NCBI GenBank assembly: GCA_031416075.1
Contig: JANOSY010000008.1
Location: 1 to 60,413, forward strand
Direction of reading: 5' to 3'
Length of the DNA stretch: 60,413 nt
Source: Candidatus Tenderia sp.
GTDB taxonomy: Bacteria; Pseudomonadota; Gammaproteobacteria; Tenderiales; Tenderiaceae
Below are positions 21,623 to 34,300 of this stretch, in pieces. The stretch's first letter is position 1. Each line of letters begins with the position of its first letter. Under the pieces are notes generated by a model. That model made no database searches, was not told the origin of the DNA, and was given only the letters and a program-made list of their open reading frames with translations. A program made the translations under genes and the position numbers.

Positions 21623-22431
21623 GCACAATACAAACCCCGGTTCAAATCGAAAGCAGTGCCGCAGCGCTGTTCCGCCCCGACGGCTGGAACCGCTTGATCC
21701 GCATCGGTGCTGTGGTCCCCCACGCCGATGTTGGCCCGGAATCGGAGTTACAAGCGATGGCTACCAATAAGATCACCATTCACGGCAGCCGCCTCTATTT
21801 CTCCGCCATGCGTGCCGGTGGTGAGATGGATGAAAAAATTCCCCACGACCCGGTGGCTATGTTCGCCCTGCCACCCTACGTTGACGAAGCCGTGGAAAGC
21901 CTGGCAGCTTCGCCATTGGATGCCCTGTGTTTGGCGTTCACCAGCTCAGCCTACAAACATGGCCCCGATGGGGAGCGAGCACTGATTGAACGTCTACGCC
22001 CACGATCTCGAGACATCCCGATCGTTTCGACATGCCTGTCAGCGGAACGGGCATTGACACAATTAAACACTAAACGGCTAGCAATCATTAACCCCCCCTG
22101 GTTCGATGCCGACCTGGACGGGCTAGGGGCGGACTATTTCGAACAAGCGGGCTATCGCGTGGTTCACCATGCCCCGTGCGGGCTACAGAGCGGTCAAAAG
22201 TACATCACACCACAAAGCCTATACAACTGGGTCGACAAAGTAGTGGCCGAATCAAATGCGGACACTGTGTTTGTAGCTGGCAACAGTCAACGTTCAGTGG
22301 GCATTATCGACGCCGTGGAAAAGACCCTCGGTATATCAATGATCACCAGCAATCAGGTCATTCTCTGGGATGCACTACGCTCGATCAATGCCAGCGTTGA
22401 CATTAAGGGTTATGGAAAATTATTCAGCTGA
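21619..22431 (+). CDS. Maleate cis-trans isomerase/Asp-Glu racemase superfamily protein
   Basis: RIGAVVPHAD...ESE, A..LAASPLD....AFTSS, ITSNQVILW; ATGA overlap with the deaminase. Confidence 0.78.
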   Translation: MSTIQTPVQIESSAAALFRPDGWNRLIRIGAVVPHADVGPESELQAMATNKITIHGSRLYFSAMRAGGEMDEKIPHDPVAMFALPPYVDEAVESLAASPLDALCLAFTSSAYKHGPDGERALIERLRPRSRDIPIVSTCLSAERALTQLNTKRLAIINPPWFDADLDGLGADYFEQAGYRVVHHAPCGLQSGQKYITPQSLYNWVDKVVAESNADTVFVAGNSQRSVGIIDAVEKTLGISMITSNQVILWDALRSINASVDIKGYGKLFS

Positions 22432-22605
22432 CTCTTCCATTTATTCATAAAAAATTCACCGCTCAGGCATCCGGACCACCATGTTCGGACACTGGATATA
22501 GATACATAATAGTGATATCGATAGCGATAATGTCAATTTCGTTAAACAGATTCAAGAATGGTGATCCCGTTTTTAGCGCATTGGTGAACAGCAGGGAAAA
22601 AGAGG

Positions 22606-23645
<1,040 letters not shown>

Positions 23646-23744
23646 AACAACAGACCGCGAAAATTATTAAGCCATAAAACTCCCGCAGAGGCGCTGCTGG
23701 AAGCCGCTAGAAAAAATGGCGTTGCACTTCGAATTTGAATCCGC
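23646..23744 (+). mobile_element. IS30-family 3' remnant
   Basis: Manual translation NNRPRKLLSHKTPAEALLEAARKNGVALRI*, followed by GTTGCACTTCGAATTTGAATCCGC, typical of IS30 C-termini and right ends. Confidence 0.78.
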
Positions 23745-23907
23745 GGATACATCTTTTACTATAAATAAATATTTATCAGCCAACCTTGTTAGCCCTGAAC
23801 GCATCTGCACTCAAACAATTATAGAGGTTCCTTAGCACCAACAGCATCTAACCCATAAAATCAGGCAATCTGTTACGACCCAATCTATCAGCAACAAGTT
23901 CACACCA

Positions 23908-24423
23908 TCAATTAAGTACAATCCACTTAGAATTCGGAACCTCTATTGCTTGTTCGCCTACAAACAAAACCAAATTAGAAAAAACCTCATAACGCCCCGG
24001 TTGTAACAGAACATCCTCATTATCCTTGCCAGACCATTTGGCAGTAAATATTAAAGAGTCATTTGGAGCTATTTTCCCAACAGTCATCGCTTGCATAAAC
24101 ATCATGCCATTATGTTGAGACCAAATCTCCTCTCCTTCTTTTTTAACAATAAATGAGTTTATCGGGGGGGTTGCCTGATAGGCAACATCAACTTCGCTGA
24201 TATTTTTAATATCGAGTTCAAAACTAATTTCATCTCCCACAATAAAAACATCCGCTTCCTGATCAAATTTATCCTTGATCAAAAAATGACTCTTCAGTGG
24301 CGCTGACAAAACATCGCTGTTAGTTGATTGCCTGTTTTGATTTTTTATCTGGCTTGTGTCTGTATATGAACCATCACATCCCATGATGAGCACACTCACT
24401 AATAGAACATATATTCTGCACAT
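23908..24423 (-). CDS. Putative lipoprotein with BsuPI-like Ig-fold domain
   Basis: Lipobox-like LIMGC after a hydrophobic stretch; IWSQHNGMMFMQAM....IAP......WSG.......LQPGRY pattern; RBS GGAGG before ATG 24423. Confidence 0.6.
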   Translation of the reverse strand: MCRIYVLLVSVLIMGCDGSYTDTSQIKNQNRQSTNSDVLSAPLKSHFLIKDKFDQEADVFIVGDEISFELDIKNISEVDVAYQATPPINSFIVKKEGEEIWSQHNGMMFMQAMTVGKIAPNDSLIFTAKWSGKDNEDVLLQPGRYEVFSNLVLFVGEQAIEVPNSKWIVLN

Positions 24424-24461
24424 ATCCCCTCCCAATAATCGTCTAATAAAACGACAATATA

Positions 24462-25211
24462 TCACCTCACTTCAATATTCAACAATCGACTCATCACCCC
24501 GAACGCCCCGATCTGTTTATGCTGCATACGCCATTGGAATGGGTATATACCAACCTCAGAAGGAGCTTGAATATCAAAATTAAATGTCTGAAATCCTTCT
24601 GGCGGAACAGTGATACTAGGCCCCATATCCACCACATCAACAGTCCATGCCAAGTCATTCCCCGTAGTGCTGACAAGTTGATACTGACCAGATGTCCAGA
24701 CTGTTTCACCTATATTTTTAAATTGCAGGGTAGCGTTATAACTCTGCCCAGCCATCATGACCAAAGGCACATCTTGAAAAACAAACTCCGAATGACTCAG
24801 CGGAATAAGTGATCCGACAACATGAACTTTAACCAAACTGGTCTTATCGCCAAAGGCGCTCTGTCCCTGACGCATTTGCCACTGCAACGGATATTCACCC
24901 GGCACCATCGGCGCACTCAGTTTTGGTCTAACTGTTAAAATCTGACCAGGGGCAATACTGCCACCGAATTCCACTCGGTAGCTATCCCATGGCTGCGAAG
25001 TCAATACAAAAAGCGAATAATCACCAGCCGATGACCATGTACTATTACCTGTGTTTTTTACCTGAATAACCGCACTAAACTCTTTGCCTGTCGCCACATG
25101 ATCTGGAACCAGTTGTGTCACTACCTTAGCATCATTCTCCACTGCCAAGGCCAACGACGATGCCAGTACTTGGCCTAACAAGGTGATAAGTAACTTCCTA
25201 AAACAGACCAT
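24462..25211 (-). CDS. Secreted protein with two NBR1-type Ig-like domains
   Basis: Signal peptide (SLALA|VEN); two repeats of KN.G...W...Y.L...AP...G.YP.QW.M. Confidence 0.75.
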   Translation of the reverse strand: MVCFRKLLITLLGQVLASSLALAVENDAKVVTQLVPDHVATGKEFSAVIQVKNTGNSTWSSAGDYSLFVLTSQPWDSYRVEFGGSIAPGQILTVRPKLSAPMVPGEYPLQWQMRQGQSAFGDKTSLVKVHVVGSLIPLSHSEFVFQDVPLVMMAGQSYNATLQFKNIGETVWTSGQYQLVSTTGNDLAWTVDVVDMGPSITVPPEGFQTFNFDIQAPSEVGIYPFQWRMQHKQIGAFGVMSRLLNIEVR

Positions 25212-25376
25212 GAGATCACCTTTTTTAATACGGGAACTATAACCACACCTATCACATTTATCGCCATACCATTAGTTCACACTAAAAACAACAGCTTACG
25301 CATATATCTGGTACCCAGCTCTATATTAATTCACTTTTTAAATAAGCATGAGTTTTCTGAAAATGAGATCAATCCG

Positions 25377-25384
25377 CTACCGCC
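25377..25384 (-). promoter_or_regulatory. ops-like element (GGCGGTAGCG), distal copy
   Basis: Minus strand GGCGGTAGCGGA, intergenic; 10/12 match to ops GGCGGTAGCGTG. Confidence 0.45.
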
Positions 25385-25388
25385 ATCT

Positions 25389-25419
25389 CAATCAAACAAT
25401 CAAACAATCAAACAATCAA
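25389..25419. repeat. 8-bp tandem repeat (CAATCAAA) x ~3.9
   Basis: Directly visible in the intergenic sequence. Confidence 0.85.
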
Positions 25420-25440
25420 TTCGAATCTAAAACCACCCAA

Positions 25441-27591
25441 TTAATAGAATTTCATGACCGTGATAATGAAAAATATCCCCAGTATGCTAGGCCAGTAGAT
25501 AACTTTTGGAATCAACCCATCTTTATAACTAAATATCTTGCTAGGAATTTTTAATGCCACCCTGAATGCATTTATTGGCACAGCCAAAATTGCAAAATAA
25601 ATAACAAAGAATATATATTCCAAATAAAATATCTCTCCAATCGCAATGTTTCTTCGAATCGCCAGATGCGAAAATACGACCACAAAAAACACAGACACAC
25701 AAATTCCAAGAAGCCTGCTAATATCGATGTCCAGTGGCAACAACAATAATGAAAAAAGTATAATTGCCACAACAATTAATGGTGTTAAATTAGAGATGAA
25801 CGCATCAACAAATATGCGCTTAACTCCTATTTCATAATTAAGATAGGGGAATCTTTCCTGATCAAAATTCCGTTCAATACCAAAATTTGTATTTTCATCA
25901 TTACTTTTCAGCATAAAAAACGTGTCTGTTATCTCCCATCCAGGAACAAAAAGATTAACATCCAGCCCCGGTTTTTGTGTTGGCGTTATCATTTTATATG
26001 AAGCGATATCTGGCACCATGAATATATTACGGCTGCTGCTTTGTGGCCGGAGCTGTATTCCTATATGTTCCGTCTCTAGCGGATATCGGGAGTAATCAAA
26101 CTTCGTATTAATCTCTGCTTGAAAACGCCAACGTACCACCTCACTTCTTTCCAGATGACGACGATCTACTTCTACAATTTTTGTGTTTTTAGCACTGGCT
26201 ATCTGGAAACCCTTTTGAATATCACCAGGAAAATTCAAAGGATACTCCTGCCATACCTGCCCTGTTACTGACACAATATTAGAACCATCCAGTTCCATAG
26301 CATCGATATAGATACCGGTTGGAATATAGATTGGCAGAGGCAATGATTTCTTGGCAGTCTCGTCATCATATCGATTCATTAATGTATCCAACACCAATCT
26401 ATCTGACACTTTAACACCAGCATCACTATCTGCTTCACTACCAAAAGCACGTACCTGAGCATGATAAGACAAGGCCAAATTCCACACCACACCAATACCT
26501 GCCAGCAATAGTAACGAAATAAGAACAGAGGCGATCCAGATGCTAACAGACTGCCCCTTGTGAACTCGCAATAACAACATACTCAGACTAGCCAAAAAGA
26601 GAATAACGATAATAGTTATGAAAATAATCTGTTGTCGTAACGTATCAACGTCTACCTGCAGGTCATCTTTAATAAATGTATTTTGCAGTGACCAGCCAGA
26701 AATTGGGATTGGTGCAAATATTAGCCACGATGCCTGCCCGGTCGTGGTACTTACATGATCTATCACTCCAGACTCACCACGCTCTACACGCATAGCAAGC
26801 TCCAATCTATCAGGATCACCTTTCTCATCCGCAATATCCAGAATGCTCTTATGTGACAATACATAACTGCTATTTGGGTGGTAAAGATAGCTTCCATCCC
26901 GTGTTGTTAATGCACCAAATCCACTTGGACCAATATTAAGCGACTCAATGATATTTTTAATCTGCTTCATTGATATATCGATGGTAACAACACCATTTTT
27001 ATACCGCTCACCGTTCGTTGGGTCTATCTTATAAAACAGTGCCGAATAGGTAATCATATAAGTTTTTCCCGCCTCATCCCAATAAGGCTCACTCCAACCG
27101 TTACCATCCTGCATAGGCCTAACATACCAATCATAATCGGGACTAGTGTAATCATATATTTTATCAAGACGACTGTACCTTAATTCACCATTCACTCCCG
27201 ATTTTGAATAATATACGGAATAAAGATTGGTATCAGAAGCGTAACCATAAGGTTTAAAAGTAACGGTTCCGCCATGATAATTTCCATTTATTTCCAATAT
27301 TTTTTTTAGTTCTGAGGCTATGTCTTTCGCCCTAACATCAGCAACCGTGATTCTCTCTGCCAGTCCTTCTGCAGAAGAAATCGCCTGGGCAAGAACTTTA
27401 TTAATTTCAGCCGCCGCAGAAAGTGTTAACCTCTGCAGCTCTTGTTGAGATATTTCATACATATCATTTTTATAGATAACATGCTTATATATTTGAAAGA
27501 CGCCAATCACAAGTGAAATAAGACACATTAACACCAAAACAATTTTTATTTTTCTGGTTGGCACAATAATTAAAATAGAATCGAACCTCAC
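25441..27591 (-). CDS. Membrane protein: periplasmic dCache domain plus pentameric ligand-gated ion channel-like module
   Basis: TM, then YDWY..P.....WSEPYWDEAG...MITYS...GVVTIDIS (Cache), two TMs, a beta-rich domain with G.VW and FDYSRYPLE...PGW.I, and four terminal TM helices. Confidence 0.7.
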   Translation of the reverse strand: MRFDSILIIVPTRKIKIVLVLMCLISLVIGVFQIYKHVIYKNDMYEISQQELQRLTLSAAAEINKVLAQAISSAEGLAERITVADVRAKDIASELKKILEINGNYHGGTVTFKPYGYASDTNLYSVYYSKSGVNGELRYSRLDKIYDYTSPDYDWYVRPMQDGNGWSEPYWDEAGKTYMITYSALFYKIDPTNGERYKNGVVTIDISMKQIKNIIESLNIGPSGFGALTTRDGSYLYHPNSSYVLSHKSILDIADEKGDPDRLELAMRVERGESGVIDHVSTTTGQASWLIFAPIPISGWSLQNTFIKDDLQVDVDTLRQQIIFITIIVILFLASLSMLLLRVHKGQSVSIWIASVLISLLLLAGIGVVWNLALSYHAQVRAFGSEADSDAGVKVSDRLVLDTLMNRYDDETAKKSLPLPIYIPTGIYIDAMELDGSNIVSVTGQVWQEYPLNFPGDIQKGFQIASAKNTKIVEVDRRHLERSEVVRWRFQAEINTKFDYSRYPLETEHIGIQLRPQSSSRNIFMVPDIASYKMITPTQKPGLDVNLFVPGWEITDTFFMLKSNDENTNFGIERNFDQERFPYLNYEIGVKRIFVDAFISNLTPLIVVAIILFSLLLLPLDIDISRLLGICVSVFFVVVFSHLAIRRNIAIGEIFYLEYIFFVIYFAILAVPINAFRVALKIPSKIFSYKDGLIPKVIYWPSILGIFFIITVMKFY

Positions 27592-27684
27592 TCAAACACC
27601 TCGAAAAATATACCGACACCCTTACCCGTAATATCTCATTAATCAATAATTTCACAAACACTCATCTACAATCCGTACCAAGAT

Positions 27685-29961
<2,277 letters not shown>

Positions 29962-29969
29962 AAGCGTCC

Positions 29970-31319
29970 TTAAATCGTTTTGCCTTCTTTTCGCAACTCT
30001 TTAGCAATACCGTCAATCAGATCATTTTGACAAATTTTCTGCCGCTCTAACTTTAGGGCATTAATCGCACCATAACGAACCACATTGGCGATTGCACCAC
30101 CGGATAGCTCATGTTTATCCGCCAATACCTTAAGATCAACATCATCAGCCAACCGACTACTATCATTAAGCGCTCCACACCATAGTTTAAATCTCTGTTC
30201 CGCATCGGGCATAGAAAAATAGACTAACGATTGAAAACGACGAGCAAATGCCTCATCAATGTTCGCCTTTAAATTGGTAGCAAGAACTACAACGCCAGGA
30301 AAATCTTCAACTCTCTGCAACAGGTACGAGATCTCTTGATTAGCATAACGATCATTAGAGTTCGAGGTTTGAGTACGCTTTCCGAACAGTGCATCTGCCT
30401 CATCAAAAAACAGTATCCAGTTTCTGTTTTGTGCTTGGTCGAATACATTTGCAAGATTCTTTTCTGTTTCACCAATATATTTAGATACAACCATAGATAA
30501 ATCAATACGGTAAACATCGGCCCCCACCGCATTGCCTATCAAAGTGGCCGTTAATGTTTTTCCAGTCCCCGGAGGCCCATAAAAAAGTGCGCGATAACCT
30601 GGCTTTATATTTTTAGCCAACCCCCATACATTCATAATAGTATTTGAATGCTTAATCCATGCAGTTACATTCTCTATCTCGCTCAACACTGATGAGCTTA
30701 ATACCAGATCTTGCCAGGCCAATCGGGTACTAATTCGTTTAGCAGGGAACGTGGTGCTATAATCAGGCAACTGACGTATTCCTGTCGTACACAAATTAAG
30801 ATATTCATTAGACACCATCAAAGCACCACTAAAAAATGGTTGGCCATTGCCTTGATGCTCTACTTTGATGATGCCATTGGTAAGCAACACACTGTTTGAC
30901 TCAAACAGTGCCAAAATATCCAGTCGCCGTGCCAGATCACCGCCAGCCAGAATAAATGCTGCTGTTTCACATGTGGGCAAGAAGCCGCCATGAGTACTTC
31001 CTTTCCATCCACCAAATTCGGTATAACCACGATCAAGATTTTTGTTTCTAATAAAAAGAAGGTCAAGCACCTGGGGGCGAAGATGCGGTATCAACGCTAA
31101 AATGAGAATCACCCTTTCATCAAAAGTCAAAGAGAGTCTTTTGATTAAACTTGCATATTCAGACTTATCCTCATTTAAATCCGGTGGAATAAACATATCA
31201 ATATTACGAATATGAGGCGCCTGTTCAAAATAGAGATTAATGCGTTGTTCTATCACCTGCGCAAACCATGCAATCTCTTGTTCAAGCGTAACGGCGTTAA
31301 TATTAATTAATGACGTCAC
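29970..31319 (-). CDS. eCIS AAA+ ATPase (Afp15/Pvc15-like)
   Basis: GPPGTGKT, DLSMVVSKYIGETEKNL, LFFDEADALFGKRT, DRYANQEISYLLQR; at the distal end of the CIS operon. Confidence 0.92.
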   Translation of the reverse strand: MTSLININAVTLEQEIAWFAQVIEQRINLYFEQAPHIRNIDMFIPPDLNEDKSEYASLIKRLSLTFDERVILILALIPHLRPQVLDLLFIRNKNLDRGYTEFGGWKGSTHGGFLPTCETAAFILAGGDLARRLDILALFESNSVLLTNGIIKVEHQGNGQPFFSGALMVSNEYLNLCTTGIRQLPDYSTTFPAKRISTRLAWQDLVLSSSVLSEIENVTAWIKHSNTIMNVWGLAKNIKPGYRALFYGPPGTGKTLTATLIGNAVGADVYRIDLSMVVSKYIGETEKNLANVFDQAQNRNWILFFDEADALFGKRTQTSNSNDRYANQEISYLLQRVEDFPGVVVLATNLKANIDEAFARRFQSLVYFSMPDAEQRFKLWCGALNDSSRLADDVDLKVLADKHELSGGAIANVVRYGAINALKLERQKICQNDLIDGIAKELRKEGKTI

Positions 31320-31334
31320 AGTGAACCCACTATT

Positions 31335-34300
31335 TTAACGCCACTCAACATGAATAACCGTCTCCATCCAAGGCTGCTTAATGAGTGAAAAACTCCAAGG
31401 CAACTGGTCCAGTAACATATCGTAAGAACGAGCCTGAACCAGCAAATACCAGCCTTTTTCGTTGCGCTGTAAACGCCCTTCACGTTGTAAAAATGATTGT
31501 CGAAAACCCAATACAGAAGTATTTCCTATCGCTTTCCAGTTTTGAATCATCCCTTCCAGTAAACTATTAACAAGCGTACGTTCACTCTCACTAATGATCA
31601 CAGATCTAACAATAGGAATTCCTGTTTTTACACCGCATAAAATTTTATTTAAAACTAGCTGATACTCTGGTGCATCACAGTTCTCATCCACAAGATACTG
31701 CAATATATGTACCCCACGCTCAGCCGCTGCTGAATCTTTAAACTTAAAATTCTTCATCAAACCCAACATTTCAAACAGCCTGGATAAATATGGTGAAACC
31801 AATACCTGGCCGGCGTTTATAATATAAATATTTTCTATATTACGGTCATCCCGATCTACATCCACATGCGTTTTTTCATACTCCTCTACCAATGGGGAGG
31901 GTATTGTACGCACCATGTCCATTGAGTTATTCATCGCCTTGGCAATTTCTTGGTAAATTTTAGGGCCAGAACCACCAATATTAAGAATCAATACTTGCAA
32001 TATCTCTGAGGAAAAAGAAGCTCTATTACGCCTGCCAAGACTCTCCTCAAGACACAAGAAGTATTCTCGAATAAATCTATCTTTATTAAATAAAAACCCC
32101 TTTACAAAAATAAAATTAAAAATAAACCTCCACATCTCTTGACGTAACGTAACGGAAGAAACATCACTGCTAAGACCATAACAGGCTGTCGTCATCGCCT
32201 CAGCATAAGTCAAAATAGATTCACATGATATTTTCTGCAATATATACAATAACCTACACAATAGCCGATCGGGCAATAATATAGACAATGCCCACCCTGC
32301 ATTGGCATCAGGAAGAGCATCAATAAGATACCTTCTTAATTTAATCGAATCATTTTCAATCAACCATTCCGTCACTTCAATAAAACGGTTAGAATTCATT
32401 TTTTCTACACTATCTAGCTCAATTATAAAAATAAACTCATCTAATAGTGACTTTTTTTTATCAACATAACAATTTATAACACCTGAATCATAATCTTTTT
32501 CAAAAAACCCAATATCATTACCATAATTAACTACATTACTCTTAAAAGACTCATCAAAAATAATCGTCTCATCTCTTATAAGGAACTCAAAAATATCAAT
32601 GTAATATTTTCTTTTGTTTACTATTCTCCGTGAAAATTTATCAATTCTTTGTAGAAACCCATTTATATCAGTTGGGTTTATCGCTACAAAAACTGAATGG
32701 ACAAGTGATCTCAATCCTGAAATAGAAAATCTTGAGTTACGAATACTTTTTAACACTTCAAAAACTTGATTTCCAATCTGAATACCTGAAGTTTTATTCA
32801 ATATATATTCTTTCAATATACATAGATTATTCTCATAAATATCTTCTGATAATTTAATCATATCGACAACATTAATTTTCGACGCACCACCCGATTTAAT
32901 AAGAAATATAAATTCTGATATTAACAACTCTGTTTTATTGATCAGAGCATAATTTTCGTCTGCATCGGATGATATTTTATAAAAATCATTAACATTACCC
33001 CCATCTTCCTCCGACATTGATATTGAAAACACTAACTTCTCGAAATCAATTACCCTATCACTTATCAGATGCCAAAGAACCTGAGAGTAATAGTCTCTTT
33101 TATTCTTTGACCGTCGAGAAAAAGCATCCATGGCTTGTAAAAAATCCACTCCTGAAACATCCGAAACATTGGTTACAGAAAACACCGAGCGGATAAAAGT
33201 ATTCAATGCCAATACAGATAATTTTGATGTCACAGAACCAAAATCAACACCACCACTCTGCAAATCTCTATAAAATCTTAAAAATAACATTGGATGATTA
33301 TCAACCAATGTTTCAATCATTAATGAAAAACTATCATTAACTTCTTTACCATTGACGTATGAAATCTCACTTCGCAGGTCATTATCAATATCATATCCTA
33401 TAAAAAAATCGGGTTTATGGCTAAAGTGATTGGATAATAATCCATCATTATAGAAAAGTTCATTTTTTACATCTACGCTGTTTGATAGTTCAAACTCATT
33501 TTTTTCTAAATATCCCGCATATATATAATTATTCTCAGCATCAAGTGACTCACGAAGAAGATGTTTCGGTATATATCGTTTTATAAATTGATGGCTAACT
33601 TTTACATAATTGTCAACATTCGGGGGATAACCTCCACCATTTTCAACAGCATTAAAAATATGGGGTAACATTTTTATATTTTTACAGTACGAAAACCGTG
33701 ATGGCCTCATTACAGTATCATTAGACTCATTTAGCAATTCAATACAAACATTCAGAATACTACTTACGTCTTCTTTGTGATGACTATCACGGCTCATTTT
33801 TGAGATCACCACTTTTAGAAGGGCGCTATAACTGCGATCATCATAATCCGATAACATAGCCATAATGATATCGATACATATTTTCAATGTTGATGATATA
33901 TTTTTGTGAACAAATAGATACCTCAGCAGTAATTCGTTAAAAATATGCTGTCGTGTATTTACTGAAACATAGCCAACTCCTGATGACAAAGTATTAAAAT
34001 ATTTCTCAATAAATAAAAAATTATGCATGGATGAGGGAGCCACCAGATTTACTATATCCGTCAACATTATCCTATCAACCACTTTTGAAAAAATCTTTAT
34101 ATTCTTTACTAGAGATAGCTGATCTTTTAGAGTATTAACCAAAAACTCAGGATCATTAGACAGTATAAAACCCCAGTATTTTCTATCTTTATCAATCTCC
34201 CTCCCAGAAATAATAGATATCAACCGTATTTTTTTATTTTCTAATTCCATATCTTTAGTGTTAAAAAACGTTAGATAGCCTGAGCTATCAATATCATCTA

